In this document: piece after piece, positions 23,616 through 37,020 of the stretch
Position numbering within the stretch: the first letter of the stretch is position 1
Layout: each line of letters opens with the position of its first letter
From: Eledone cirrhosa
Lineage: Eukaryota
Length of the DNA: 64,000 nucleotides
NCBI GenBank assembly: GCA_964016885.1
Contig: OZ024741.1
Coordinates: 105,710,001 to 105,774,000, forward strand
Direction: 5' to 3'
Program-made: the position numbers and the translations under genes
Notes under the pieces: generated by a model
Told to the model about the DNA's origin: nothing
What the model saw: the letters and a program-made list of their open reading frames with translations, nothing else
Databases searched by the model: none

Positions 23616-23821
23616 TTAGATAGATAGATAGATAGATAGATAAGTGGTGAGATAGGTAGGTAAATTGGTAGGTAGGTAGGTAGACCATAATTGGTCTTAG
23701 CGAGGTATTTTTCACCAAAGTTCTCAATAAATGATAGATTTTGAGGTGGGTGGATATCTTATAAAATGAAGGATGCGCGTAAAGACACCCATACATACAC
23801 ATATTATATTATATTATGATA

Positions 23822-24141
<320 letters not shown>

Positions 24142-24719
24142 CCACACATGACAGAAGGTGTTGTTTTCTTAACAGAGCAAGATGGCTAATTGAAGTGCAT
24201 GTGATGGCCGGATCTCTCCCCAGTCAAACATGTTCTGGATCTTCCGTCAGTTTTCGTCAAACATGTCCTTGTTTATCTTTGAAGAAAACTCTAGGAGAGC
24301 TCCAGAAGGCTGTAGCGTGGTGTTTTAAGGCATTTCCAAAACACTTCTGGAGGGGGATCTATAGGGAAACGAGGATCTTCAAGCATCGACCGAAGAAACA
24401 CATGGAAACCAGCTTTCTCCACAACAGATTGAAGGTTGCCTACACGAATATTTTCCTTGGAAAACCTCTTCTTTTTGGCTTAGCATTGGTTTAAGATGGA
24501 GACTGAGTTTGTAGCAGACAAGACGATGGTCCTTATGACACTTCGTACTGGGTATTACTTACTCAAGTAAGTTCTCAGTACGAAGTTCTCTCTGGCTCAC
24601 CAAAGTGTAGTCTATAAGGTCTACCGAAGTTGATCACTCTGTTTTTCTGGCTCACCAATCTGCAATCTATAAGGACTACCAAGATTATATCAGTCTGTTT
24701 CTCTGTTGCAATTTGTTGT

Positions 24720-25112
24720 TAATAATTGTTTCTACTTTTGGCACAAGGCCAGCAATTACCCCAGTGCATTGCTGGTACTTTATTTTATCGACCCCGTAAG
24801 GATGAAAGGCAAAGTTAACGTTGGCGGGATTTGAACTCAGAATAGAAAGGGCCATAACTCTTTGCGTCAAAGCATGGCGTCCGACCCTCTACCGATACTG
24901 CCAATCCACCGCCTGATTCTGATGTTAATAATTGTTTCTACTTTTGGCACAAGGCCAGCAATTTCTCAGTACATTACTGGTACTTTATTTTATCGACCCC
25001 GTAAGGATGAAAGGCAAAGTTAACCTCGGCGGGATTTGAACTCAGACCGTAAAGGGACCTAACTATGCTGGAAAGCATGGCGTCCGACTCTCTACCGATA
25101 CTTCCAATCTAC
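24720..25112 (-). mobile_element. Two tandem near-full-length SINE family A copies
   Basis: 24720-24913 and 24926-25112, each with an antisense tRNA head and the conserved core. Confidence 0.88.
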
Positions 25113-25129
25113 CGATTTTGATGTTAATA

Positions 25130-25300
25130 ATGGTGAATAAATAGTTAGTAAATATTGGTAAAAGCAGCAAAATGGCAAATTACACTTTCCAACATCATGT
25201 TTGTCAAGTACTCCTTTCCAGTTATTGGGATCGCCAAGGATGATAACATTGTCGTTTGCAGAAGAATCCTCTATAAGGTTGCGCAAAACAATATAAAATT
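25130..25300 (-). mobile_element. RTE endonuclease fragment
   Basis: NDNVIILGDPN..WKGVLDKHDVGKCN resembles the APE motif LGDFNA..W.GV.G.HG.G.CN. Confidence 0.6.
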
Positions 25301-25689
25301 ATCCCTTTCTGCAAGATCTGCTCGAAAAATACAGCTTGAATTGGGAGGGGCATATAGGTGATGCGGCTGGAGTGACACGTCGGTTTTCAAGCTTGGAGGT
25401 AATGGACTTCTTGATCATAAAAACCATCGCCAAAAAAGGTAAATGTCAATCTCTGGTTTACTATACTAGCAAAGAATATAACCGATGCGAACTTCACTTT
25501 GAGTAGCGACAGTGATATTTAGTCTTCGCGGGTTTGAGAAAGTACCAGATTTGTGACTGGCGTAAATAAAACCACCACCACTTCAATAAGATGAGAGGAA
25601 CGTTAAAAAAACAAAACATACCTAATCGTCCTTCGCGCGAGATAACAAGGGATACGTTCAGGCCTTAGGTAGAGGAACCTGTTCGAAAA

Positions 25690-27862
25690 ATATACTGCAG
25701 TCTCTATTTCATGTCGCCAAAACTGGCGATGTCCCTCCGACGTCTCCTGGGAGGCATGGGATGGACGCACAAAGATTGCATATCCCGAGACCACCTAAGT
25801 GTGTTCGGAAAGGAACAAACCATGACAATTGGAGCCTGGAACATCACAACCATTACAGGTAAGGAGCAGGCACTAATGCAGGAGGCTAGATGCTACCGGC
25901 TGGATGTAGTCTGGATTTCCTCAACAAAGTTTCGTGAGTCTAATATTGTAGATTTCGATGAAGAATGGGAACTCCACTAGTCAGGTGGGGCGCCAGAAAT
26001 GACTGCACATGCGGTAGTGGGGATACTCACAAGCACCCGGCTGTAAGAATGTGTTATGGACTGGATTCCATTAGAAGGGAGGATTTACCTCTTGAAGCTA
26101 TGGCTGAAAGATAGCTCTCTGTGGATGGTGCAAGTTTATGCACCAAACAAGGAGTCCGAATACAGATCCTTCCTTGACGAAGTCACTGCAGTATTAGATG
26201 TAATTAAGACTAAGCCATATATCCTGATGGGAGACTTCAATGCATATGTTGGCACTGACCACCTGACATGGAAGATTGAAAGGAACGGCGACCCCGATCT
26301 AAATACGAATGAAGAGGCCTTATTAGACTTCTTTTCTAGCAATGGACTCTATTATGAGCACCTTTTTCCAGCATAGAGACATCCATAAATATATATGGTA
26401 TAAGGGAAATCAGGGACAGAGATCAATTATTGATTTTGTTATTGTCTCTGATCTCTTCTAGTCTGTGTTGGATGTTCGTGTTATGAGTGGAGCTGAGCTG
26501 TCAACTGATCACCATCTAGCTATCTGCAACTTGAGACTACCTAAAGCCAAAGAAATCCACAAAACTGGCAGGTCCAGGGCGACCTACATGATAAAGTGGG
26601 AAGCATTGGTGGATAAGAAAGTCAGGACCAAGTAAGCAGATACTAGTGCGTTCCAAATTTAGAGAACTCCCTGAGAAAACTGAGGATGTTTAAACAGGGT
26701 GGAGATTGTTCTGCTCAGCAGTTTCTGCTTCAGATGTTAAATGCTGCGGGCAAATGAGGCCTGGTGACTCGTCGGATGGCAGGAGGACCCCTTAGTTCAA
26801 TCAAAGATGCCACCCGAGCAAAGAACGATGTCTACAAAGCTTGGCTTGGAAAATATCCTTCTTGCACTTGCAGTACAAATATGCACGAAAAATCGCAGCA
26901 GGAACAATAAAAAAGTCCAAAGTTAAGAGATGGGAGGACTTTGGAGTTAAGCTGAAATCCGACTTCAGATCAGCAATAGCTGATGAAAAGTGCGAGTTTC
27001 GCCCCGGACGCAGCACAGCCGACCAAATATTCACACTGAAGCAGGTCTTCGAAATATTGTGGGAGTATTGCCAAGAGGTATATTCTTGTTTTAGACCTCG
27101 AAAAGGCATATGACCGCGTCCCTCAGGATCTGCTGTGGAAGGTTGTGCAGGGGTATGGAATCGATGGTCAGCTTCTAGCTGCCCTGATGTCTGCCCGAGC
27201 ATTTGTGTTCGGATAAATGGTGCTAAATGGAAACCATCTAATGTGGGAGTCGGACTCCGCTAATGGTGCATATTGTCACCTCTCCTGTTCATTATTTTTA
27301 TGAGCAGGATTGACACGCGCAGCCGGGTAGGATGTGATATCACGACTGGCAGGTGTAAAATCAGTCAGCTGGAATTTGCAGATGACATAGTATTACTTAA
27401 CTCGACAGAAGGTGATCTCCCACTAGCATTTGGTATGTTTACTTGATATGTGTTGCAAGGCTGAAATGAAAATCAGTGCTGCGAAAACTGAGACACTCGC
27501 CTCGCAAGGAAGCCTGCGCAGTGCACTCTATATGTGAATGGAGTTCCACTGAAGCAGGTGGAGAAGTTCAAATATATGGGGCCGTGTTCACAAGTGATAG
27601 ATAGCAGGAGGCTGAATTAAGTGCAAGAATTGCAGGAGCTGGTGCAGTAATGTGCCAGCTTCAGCATTCAGTCATCAGAAAAAGGCAGGTAGGTGTAAAA
27701 CCAAACTCGCTATCTTCAATTCGGTATTCGTGCCAACCCTTACCCATAGCCGTGAATCCTGGGTAATAACTGAAAGAATACGATCGCGAATACAAGCAGC
27801 CGAAGTGGGGTTTCCCCGAAGTATCATTGGAGTTATATTATTCGATACAGTGCGTAACTCGG
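25690..27862 (+). mobile_element. Degenerate, internally deleted RTE-clade LINE
   Basis: IGAWNITT; VQVYAPN; ILMGDFNAYVG; LSTDHHL; EKCEFRPGRSTADQIFTLKQ; LEKAYDRV; FADDIV; RIQAAEV. Ends at a (GAG)n(GAA)n tract. Confidence 0.9.
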
Positions 27863-28080
27863 AGAGGAGGAGGTGGTGGAGGAGGAGGAGGAGGAGGAGG
27901 AGGAGAAGAAGAAGAAGAAGAAGAAGAAGAAGAAGAAGAAGAAGAAGAAGAAGAAGAAGAAATATGCAGGATCTCCTGCCCTATCAGAAAACAAATATAG
28001 TTTTACGAGATGTCTAAATGAACAGTTCAACTACCTCGAATCATCACAATATTGTACAGCTGTTTATATATGCCCCTGTG

Positions 28081-28295
28081 AAAACCGCAAACTAACATCA
28101 CTATTAAAAGCAACCGCAAATACATATCAGTATTGAGAACAAGCCTCAGCTACACATCACTATTGAGAACAAGCTTCAAATATACATCACTGTTAAGAAC
28201 AAGACACAAATACACATCAGTGTAAAGAACTAGCCACAAATATATACCACTGGGATGAACAAGCCACAAATATACATTGCTAGTGAGAACAAACC
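28081..28295. repeat. Degenerate 30-bp tandem repeat, about 7 copies
   Basis: Consensus approximately AAGCCACAAATATACATCACTATTGAGAAC. Confidence 0.8.
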
Positions 28296-28774
28296 CTCTT
28301 TTCGAAATTCGACGACAAGACAGCTGCAGTGAAGCATCAAATGATGATTTGGGAAGCATCTCTTGACGAGAAGACTTAATCATTAAAGAAAAGCTAAGGT
28401 ATTTATACATACAATTTCCACGGGCGTCCAAAAATAACTCACCTATGAAGCGAAAAAAATCTATCCACATTTAGAACATCATTATCAGCAATAGAGGAAT
28501 TCTTATACCTACTAGAAACAAACTGACGAAATAGGTAGATGATAAAATCCTTTAAATCAGCCGAGGACGAGAAAATACTTTCTAAATTAAGATATATTGT
28601 GTGAAGGAACATCAAAGAACGATCTCTTAAAGAATACACGATACTATAAAGTATTGAAACTAACCCCAAATAGTTTCTTCTGTTATGCATGCGAATCATT
28701 TGTGATAAAACCCCAGATCATATCACTGTAATAAATCATACACCACATTTTTGAAGAGCATAAAAATAAATAGT

Positions 28775-28985
28775 GATTTCTAATTTTGGCACAAGGCCAG
28801 TAATTTGTGTAGAAGGAAAAGTCGATTACATCGACCCTAATACGTGACTGGTACATTATTTTATTGACCCCGAAAGGATTAAAGACAAAGTTAACCTCGG
28901 TGCAATTTGAACTCAGAACATAAAGGGTCGTAACTAAATGCCGCAACGCATTTCGTCCGACGCTATAATGATTTTGCCAATCCTA
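28775..28985 (-). mobile_element. SINE family A, diverged
   Basis: TTTTGGCACAAGGCCAG...GTTAACCTCGG..ATTTGAACTCAG. Confidence 0.8.
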
Positions 28986-29289
28986 CATCTCACATAAAAA
29001 TAAATAATACGAGAAAATTTCTTTGAGATTATCAAAAATAAAGATGTAAAACTACACAGATATTTTCGTTAGCGAATCAAATGTTAAACTGTATCAATGT
29101 TTCGTTCACCCCCATAACGATCACCGAACAGAAATACAACATATTCTATTAATTGTCTCAGCTCCACTATTTCAACCGTTTTGATAAAATTATGTAAGAA
29201 TATTCTAGAAAACCTTTGGAAAACTTTCATAGTATAGAGGAGAGAACTGAGCTTTGCCGTGAACATGGACAGTGTTACAGATTAGTTAA

Positions 29290-29740
29290 GAAGTTCTATT
29301 AGCAGTCATAAGGTGCTAGAATCGGTCCCACTGCGTAGTATACTGGGCAAGGGTCATTTACTATAGCCCGGGGTCGACACAAGCCTTGTGAGTGAAATTG
29401 GTAGACGGAAACTGCCTCGAAGCCTGTCGTGTGGACTGTACCTGTAATGCAAAAGGCCAGCCTTGTCACACACTCTGACAGGCTGAATCTCCCAGAGAAT
29501 TACGTTAAGTGCATACTTGCTTGTGGAATACAGAAACACTGGCATTAGAATAAGATGAACGGTACCTGTAATTCAAAAGACAGGCATTGTCATACACTGT
29601 CATGCTGAATCTCCCTGAGAATTACGTAAAGTGTACACATATGATGGTCGAATTCTCAGTCAATTGCACAATAATTTTTCACGCATAGGCTGTTCCGTTG
29701 ATAGAACAACTGGCACATTCATCGTCGACATTGACGGAGA
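29290..29740 (+). mobile_element. SINE-type repeat(s) with an internal ~120-bp duplication
   Basis: tRNA-like head, then ACTGGGCAAG..., GTAGACGGAAACTG, and GCTGAATCTCCC.GAGAATTACGT twice. A related antisense copy lies at 36650-36970. Confidence 0.6.
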
Positions 29741-30035
29741 TCCTTTTCATTTCATTCTGTGAGCATTCTTTTAGACGTCCATTACAAGCATTTATAAAAT
29801 AAAACCACTGGGTCATATTGACTTTATGGAAAGCGTTCGCTTTCAAGTATCATAGATTAGATTACTGCTTACAACACTGAACTTGGGGGAACAAATGTAT
29901 GAACGCGAAAAGAAATATTTGTGTCCAAAAACTCAGCTTCCGGGAAAGAAAGGCTTTGTTGTTATATTCTCTGAAGCAGAATAAGGGTAGATAAGGAATG
30001 TGTGAGAGAGAGAGAGAGAGAGAGAGAGCGGGCGG

Positions 30036-30075
<40 letters not shown>

Positions 30076-30251
30076 CGTGCGTGCGAATAGTAAACGAAAA
30101 ACATCCAAGTAAACAATACAGTACAATGAAGATATATATTAGTTTAATGCTTGGTATAGTAGGAAAAGAGTCAGTTATTTAGTACACTAACGATTCGGCT
30201 TACCAGAGACACGTGTTTCACACCACAAACCGTCCCCCGGATTGTGTGTTC

Positions 30252-30312
<61 letters not shown>

Positions 30313-30457
30313 TGCAAATTTATACGGGAACAAAACAGAGAGGCAGACAAATAAAGGTTTATTAGGTTCACGCTTTTGAGAGTGGGGGTGGGTGAGGAAC
30401 AGAGGGTGGTCACGGCGGATTAAGTCGGGGTTGAGCCGGTAGTAAAGGTAGTATTCC

Positions 30458-30509
<52 letters not shown>

Positions 30510-30734
30510 AAAATGGTGCCGAGAGACTATGTAGCCGCCAGACCAATTAGAAATAGTAAATAAATCTCCTTCAAATCTCAAAAGATGAGCAAGTATAGAA
30601 ATAAACTGGAATATGGACATTGATTGTTGATGTTGAAAAATGAAATCAACTCAGGGTTACTTTAGAACAGAGCAGTTTGAATTAGTCTGGTATAGACAAG
30701 TACATATGTTGTTTAGGTGTATAATATTGTCAAT

Positions 30735-30848
30735 ACTCTGATATGCCCAGTTCCTTGTTGGGTTGTTATTTCAATGTGGAACTGGAGTCATATGACTCCA
30801 GTTCCTCAGTGAATTAACAACCCAACAAGGAACTGGGCATATCAGAGT
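30735..30848. repeat. Imperfect 114-bp palindrome, same family as 52232-52545
   Basis: ACTCTGATATGCCCAGTTCCTTGTTGGGTTGTT..GGAACTGGAGTCATATGACTCCAGTTCC..AACAACCCAACAAGGAACTGGGCATATCAGAGT. The right arm and flank match 52232-52292 and 52494-52545. Confidence 0.85.
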
Positions 30849-31126
30849 GCTCCAGCCTGCATACTGAGGTGTTGGTATACAACCAACATAAACTCAAAAT
30901 CTATCTATATATATATATCTATATATATATATAGATATATATATAGCAGCCTACTACGAGTAAGACACACAAGGCAGCCTACAGCAATTGGAATAGTTTT
31001 GGCTTCCATTTAAAGGACCTTCACCGATCCCTCCCAACACGAATAGGACGCTATACAGTGCATCACATGAAAGGTATGTACCTGCCTTACAGACTATGCC
31101 AAGATGAAAGCTCTGGTTGTCATTGA

Positions 31127-31157
<31 letters not shown>

Positions 31158-31562
31158 CACTGCCCACTTATTCCTGAGAGGGTCGTGGGGGAAGAGTCCT
31201 CAAACACTCCTTCCAGTGGGTCCTGTCAGAAGCAACAGTTTTCAACTGATCCGGTTGGATCCCCAAGGTCTACCCCTGGGTATGCTGCCACTTGGTTTTA
31301 CCCGTAAAATCTGTGCAGCGATTCTTTACCGAGATATTCTGACCACATGCCCATAGTATCAGAACTGTGATCTCTCAATTCAGAGAAGTAGCGGCTCTGC
31401 CTGGAGTGACACCCTGATCTCCGAGCTACGGCCTCTATCGAGTAACGTTACTCCGAGAACCCCATTTCGGCTGCTTGTATTCTTTCGGTCATTACTCAAG
31501 ATTCATAACCATAGGTAAGGGTTGGCACGAATACCGAATTGAAGATAGCGTGTTTGGTTTTG
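31158..31562 (-). mobile_element. RTE LINE 3' fragment with (GAA)n tail
   Basis: Inverse match to 27700-27810 (CGCTATCTTCAATTCGGTATTCGTGCCAACCCTTACC); abuts (TTC)n. Confidence 0.8.
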
Positions 31563-31899
31563 GCCTCTGAAATGATCAATGACTAAGTTGGCATCGGTAA
31601 AACTTGAACCCATAGCGCAGAGAACTGAAATAAAAACCGTAAGGCATTCCTTCTGACGTCCTAATGGACTCTGCCATTATATTGGCTGCCTCATATTAAA
31701 TAACAGCTGTGAATCCAAAATGTCGACATAATACCTAACAGATCCACCTGGTTATAGACAACACTGAATGAAGATATTCTTATCATATGAACTTTACATA
31801 ATGTGACTGATACACATTAATAACTGTGAAGACTGCCAATAGTGGGCGTGTCCGTTCTGATAACAACACATGCGGAAATAACTGTATTTAATGCAAGGG

Positions 31900-33078
31900 T
31901 TCCTAATTTAGGCACAAGGCCAGCAATGTTTTGGAGGTAAGGCGATTACATCGGCCTTAGAATTTTTCTAGTACTTTATTTTATCGACCCCGGAAGGATG
32001 AAAGGCATAGTCGACCTCTGCAGGATTTGAAACCAGAACGTAAAGAGCCGAAACGAATGCCACAAAGAATTTTGTCTGACGCTCTACCGATTCTGACAAC
32101 CCACGGCCCAACTGTATTTAACCAACGAATAACAACGAATATATGTCTCAACCCGTTGGTTACCATATTTCTCATGAAAGACACTGCTAATAATTTTCAA
32201 ATCATTTTGAAAATAATCAATAATTTGGAGGGACTTAATAATATTTAATAGGCGGTGAATTGACAGTCGTTAGAAGGTCGGATAGAATGCTTCGCGGTAT
32301 TTGTCCTGGATGTCTGTGCTCTGAGTTCAAATTCTGCCAAAATCAACTTTGCTTTTCATCCTTTCGAGGTCGATAAATAGAGTACCTGTCCAATACAGGG
32401 GGCGATTTTCCCTCTTTCTTCTTTATTTCTATCAGCCCCCCCCCTCCCTCTCTCTCATTTTCTGAAAGAAATCGGCTGTCTCCCGACCTGAGGAGGAGGA
32501 TAGGCTCCGCCAGGAGTTACGGATCCATATATACATACAACAATACAATTAACTTTCTTATTATGTAGCTGGAGCTTGGGACATAACTTAACATAGATAG
32601 TTCTTGTATAAAATTATGATATAAAAACTTTAAAACTTTTGTTACCAATTTTTCTACAATTTTTCATGAATTATCAAACATTTGAAGGGATTAAATAATA
32701 TAATTAACTTTCTCATTATTGGCCTGAGTTCAAATCCCGCCGAGGTTAACTTTGCCTTTCATCCTTACGGGGTCAATAAAATAAAGTACCAGTAATGCAC
32801 TAGGATAATTGCTGGCCTTGTGCCAAAAGTAGAAACAATTATTACATTGGATCCCGAGGGAGGGGTTTGGCTGAATTGTTAGAGTGCCGGACAAAATGCT
32901 TTGCAGCATTTAGTTATGGCCCTTTACGTTCTGAGTACAAAACCCGCCGAGGTCAATTTTGAATTTCATCTTTCTGGGGTCGATAAAATAAGTACCAGTA
33001 AAGTACTGAGGGACGATTAAATCGACATTCCCTGTCCCCTAAAGTTGCTGGCCTTGTGCCTAAATTAGACACCATTAT
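31900..33078. mobile_element. Cluster of SINE family A copies
   Basis: Copies at 31900-32100 (-), 32250-32400 (+), 32724-32842 (+) and 32865-33078 (+), all with the TTTGC(C)TTTCATCCTT..GGGTCGATAAA core. Confidence 0.82.
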
Positions 33079-33336
33079 TAATCTAGCCTTGGAATATAAC
33101 TTAACAAAGGTTCTTGAATAAATTATGATGACCGGTTGTTAGATAGATGTAAAGATTTTAAAATAAATAGTTTTGTATAGTAGAACCAGGGGTAGTTAAA
33201 GACGGTTTATGAAAGTTTGGTATAAAACTATTAAACGTGGTGCCTTGACTATCAAATGACAGGCAGCCTTGACAGTCATTCATCGATGCTGGAATCTTTG
33301 AAAAAACTTCCAATTGAACAGTTAGATGTGTTGTAG

Positions 33337-33368
<32 letters not shown>

Positions 33369-33371
33369 GAA

Positions 33372-33500
33372 GACGTGTGGCCTAGGGGTTAGTGGTGTTA
33401 GGCTCGCGATCATAAGGTCTTGGGTTCGATTCCAGGATCCAGGTGTTGCGTTATGTCCTTGAGCAACATACTTCATTGAATGCTGCTCTGATCCTCGCGG
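33372..33500 (+). mobile_element. SINE family B head
   Basis: A-box GTGGCCTAGGGGTTAG, B-box GGGTTCGATTCC, then TGTCCTTGAGCAA. Confidence 0.7.
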
Positions 33501-35507
33501 CTAAAAAATAAAAATAAAAAAAATAAAAAAATTAAATGAGTGTTAGCAGTGGTTTGGGGAAGGATGACCCTGTGTCTTATACTCTTTTCCTTCATCACTA
33601 CTTCGGTAACTATGTTGAAGTTTGTTTCGTTGTAGAGGCCTAATAATTCTGAAACATATCTGATTATATATATATATATATATATACACTGTACACCTCC
33701 TGAAGAATCAAAATGACATTAGTCCATGGGTTGATATTGTTTTTTCTACACAACATTATCCTTTTTATCTTACCTAACTATTCAATGGTGGTTATATTAG
33801 GTACGTTAACACAAACTTGACTTTTGTTTATTTTTTCTATAAATACACAACAGCTTGGTTTTAGATAAGAAATCAATAACTATACTGAGTTATTGATGAT
33901 GTAAAGTTCAAAATGCACAAAAGATACCTTTTAACACCAGAAATATGTCTTTTTCTTCTTCTTTCTCTTCTTTTTATTTTTCTTCTTCTCGTTTGCTGCT
34001 ATTGTTACTATTATTATACATGGTATTCTTTACTTCAGACGTTTACTTCGCTTTGGTTCCCGTAAGTTTCTCGCTTTCAATGTCTAAAACACACATATAT
34101 ATTTGCAATCTCTGTTATTTTCTTGTTAATAAGGCAACCCAAATCACATTGTGGAAAGAGCAGCCCTTATTTCGTGCCTTGCGGGGAAAAAAATTCAAAA
34201 ACCTTTTATTGATTTTCAGTTGAAGAAAAATCCAATACTACCATCTGGCATCACCATCTTCCTGTTCGACGACAAAATAACTTCACCTTCCACTCTCGTC
34301 GCCACCATGAAACAAGAGAACAACAAGAACAAAACATTTGAAGCTACAGAAGAATATCACGATTCTTTCCCTGTCTTTCTATTACCTAACCAGAACACTA
34401 CTCGCACCAACACAACAATAACAATATAAGCTAGCACTAGCAACAACAACGAACCAAGATTATTTTAAATAGCATCAATGAAAACAATATCGACGATAGA
34501 AACAACGATGACGATGACGGCAATGCCGACAGCATCAACGACAGACACAAGAATGAAACCTTCACAACCACTATAAGAGAAAACATTAACATCAACAACA
34601 ACGTTAGGCATGAAAATAACAAAAGAAATAGCAGCCACACTTTCGCATCTACAAAAGCAGGAACAGCAACACTCTTTAAACATTTTCTGCTTAACAAGGA
34701 GTCGTGAAATTCACAGGTAGGCAAATTGGTCAAAGCAGTGAGGAGAACAGCCCAATTAGCTATTCCACCTGAGGTGTTGGCAGCAATTGCTAGAAAAACA
34801 GTGCAGTATCGCTGCGTGCCACTAAAAACCTAACGCACGGAAGCAGCGCCATAAGTCCAAATTAAGAAGTCCTTAAAAAAATTGTGATCCAACGTTGAAT
34901 TCGGCAAAGAGCAAGACAGTTTGGGGGCGCGAAAGTGCTTTTCAGTAGCAAAGCCCTCGTTCTAAAAAATCCTGTGGTCCCCTGTTGCAGTAACGATTAC
35001 GTTTTTTCTCGTCATTTTTAAGAACAATAAAGGTCATGATTTCGGGTGTCCCACCCGAGTCAGGCAGAGGGAACGAACTAGTACATCACATCCATTATTT
35101 ACTACCGCCTGATCGACGTCCCTTATCTCATCCTGCTGTAAATTTGAATCAAGAACAGGTATATTAAGAATTTCACGACAAATATATCTATGAACAGGAC
35201 CTGGGTTCAATACCTCCCAGAGAAATTTTACAAGACAGTTTTCGAAACTCTGAGTCAGAGAGAAGTCTTTTCAAAGTTCAAGGTTGGGGAAGAAGGTTTT
35301 TGCTTTTATGGGTGGCACCGTCAAATAATCACGGGCTCCTCCTTGGACTGATATACCGGTTGAACCACTCTCCCTTTATATTGGCCCTGCTCTGGTTAGG
35401 TGTTTTTCAAAGAAATAAAATTTCAAAACTATATTATTTTTGTGTGTATGTGTATATACTGTAAATTATGTTTCTTTTCTAATAAACTGTAGACTAATGA
35501 ACACGGT

Positions 35508-35790
35508 CTGAGTTCAAATCCCGCCGAGGTTAACTTTGCCTTTCATCCTTACGGGGTCGATAAAATAAAGTACCAGTAATGCACTGGGATAATTGCTGGC
35601 CTTGTGCCAAAAGTAGAAACAATTATTATTTATTATTTATTAGTTTGACAATGCGGCAAATTGGCAGAGTCGCTAGAACGTCAGGCAAAATGCTTTGTAG
35701 TATGTGCTCTGAGCTCAAATCTCGCCGCAGTCAACATTGCCTTTCATCCTTTCGAGGCAGATTGAAAAACTACTTGTCCAGTATTGGAGT
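35508..35790 (+). mobile_element. Two SINE family A copies
   Basis: 35508-35626 is near consensus; 35650-35790 is diverged. Confidence 0.85.
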
Positions 35791-37020
35791 TGATTCTTCT
35801 ATATCTCTTTCTCACTTACAGGTTTAAAAAGCGTCTGATACGCTGTATTTCACAACGGTGCCCCTACGACTCTATCAAGAATTACAGATCTATACACGTT
35901 TATTATTTTTTAAAAATTACATTAGAAAAATCTAGCCAAATATTTTGAAAATTCTTTCATTTATTCCTGTGTTCAATTAGTATGATTTCGATTAGTGGTG
36001 TCTTTTCGCGTATGAATGAAAATCCTGCTAATCGGAGTCATGTTACATCGTGCATTTTTAAATATTTAAAAATGTTATACAGCATTTTTTTTAGAACACT
36101 TTTACTATTATATACTCTAGTATTGAATATAAATGTTCTAAATAATTAATAACAGACATATTTATATATGAAAACAATAACTTTTTACAATTACCTACTA
36201 TTATTGAAGTCACCGCGACCCTTTTATAATATATGTATGTATATCTATCGTACACCCTGTACATCTAGATCTTACTTCCATTTATCTATATCTAACTGTA
36301 TTATATGTTATTTTATCTTCTGTCTATCTTAACCGGTAACTTCTACTGGGCTCGTAGGCGAGTTGTAGTGACATACGGCATTTCTTGGGCATTTTAAGAT
36401 CTGGCAGATACCATCTCTTCTCCAGGTCTGAACATAGGGGATTTCTTCCAGAGAAATAGAGAGGAATTCAGAAAGAGATGTAGAGGAAGAATCGGCCGCT
36501 GTACTAGCCTAGTTCTTTTTTTTATCAACCGCAAACGGATGAAAAGTAAAGTTGACTTTGGCATTCTAGCCGACGTTCTAATAACTCTGGAAATTTGCCA
36601 TATATATTGTATTATAAGTCATATTGTATTATATTGATGGACTCATCCATCGAGAACAAAATATGAGCGTCCAGTTGATCGACCAACTGAACGACCGACT
36701 CATTGAACTAACAAATAATGTGGTTTAGTATTCCATAGATCATTAACGTAATTCTCAATTAGAATCAGCGTAATAGAGTAAGACATGGCCATACCTGTGA
36801 GTTACAGGTATAATCCACCCGATGAGCCTTCGAACAGTTTCCGCTTACTACCTAATTTCATTCACTAGGCTTGGGTTCACCCGAGGACATCCCAAGATGC
36901 TGCACAATGGAATCGAACCTGAGATTTTATTATTGGGAAGTGAACTACTTAACCATTCGCCCATTCTGTGGCCACTAACTTATCAGTTAGACAAACGATA
37001 GAGTATTTTGAGTTAAAGCC

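Noticed and set aside
26978-27005. CTGATGA motif
   Set aside because: It lies within the RTE RT coding remnant (ADEKCEFRPGR) and there is no HHR fold.
30200-30245. Minus-strand GAAAC-ACGT-GTC half hammerhead
   Set aside because: The palindromic stem III and GUC are present, but no matching CUGANGA or stem I partner was found; at most a remnant.
33372-33445. tRNA gene
   Set aside because: A and B boxes are present, but there is no acceptor stem and it continues into SINE body sequence; it is a SINE head.
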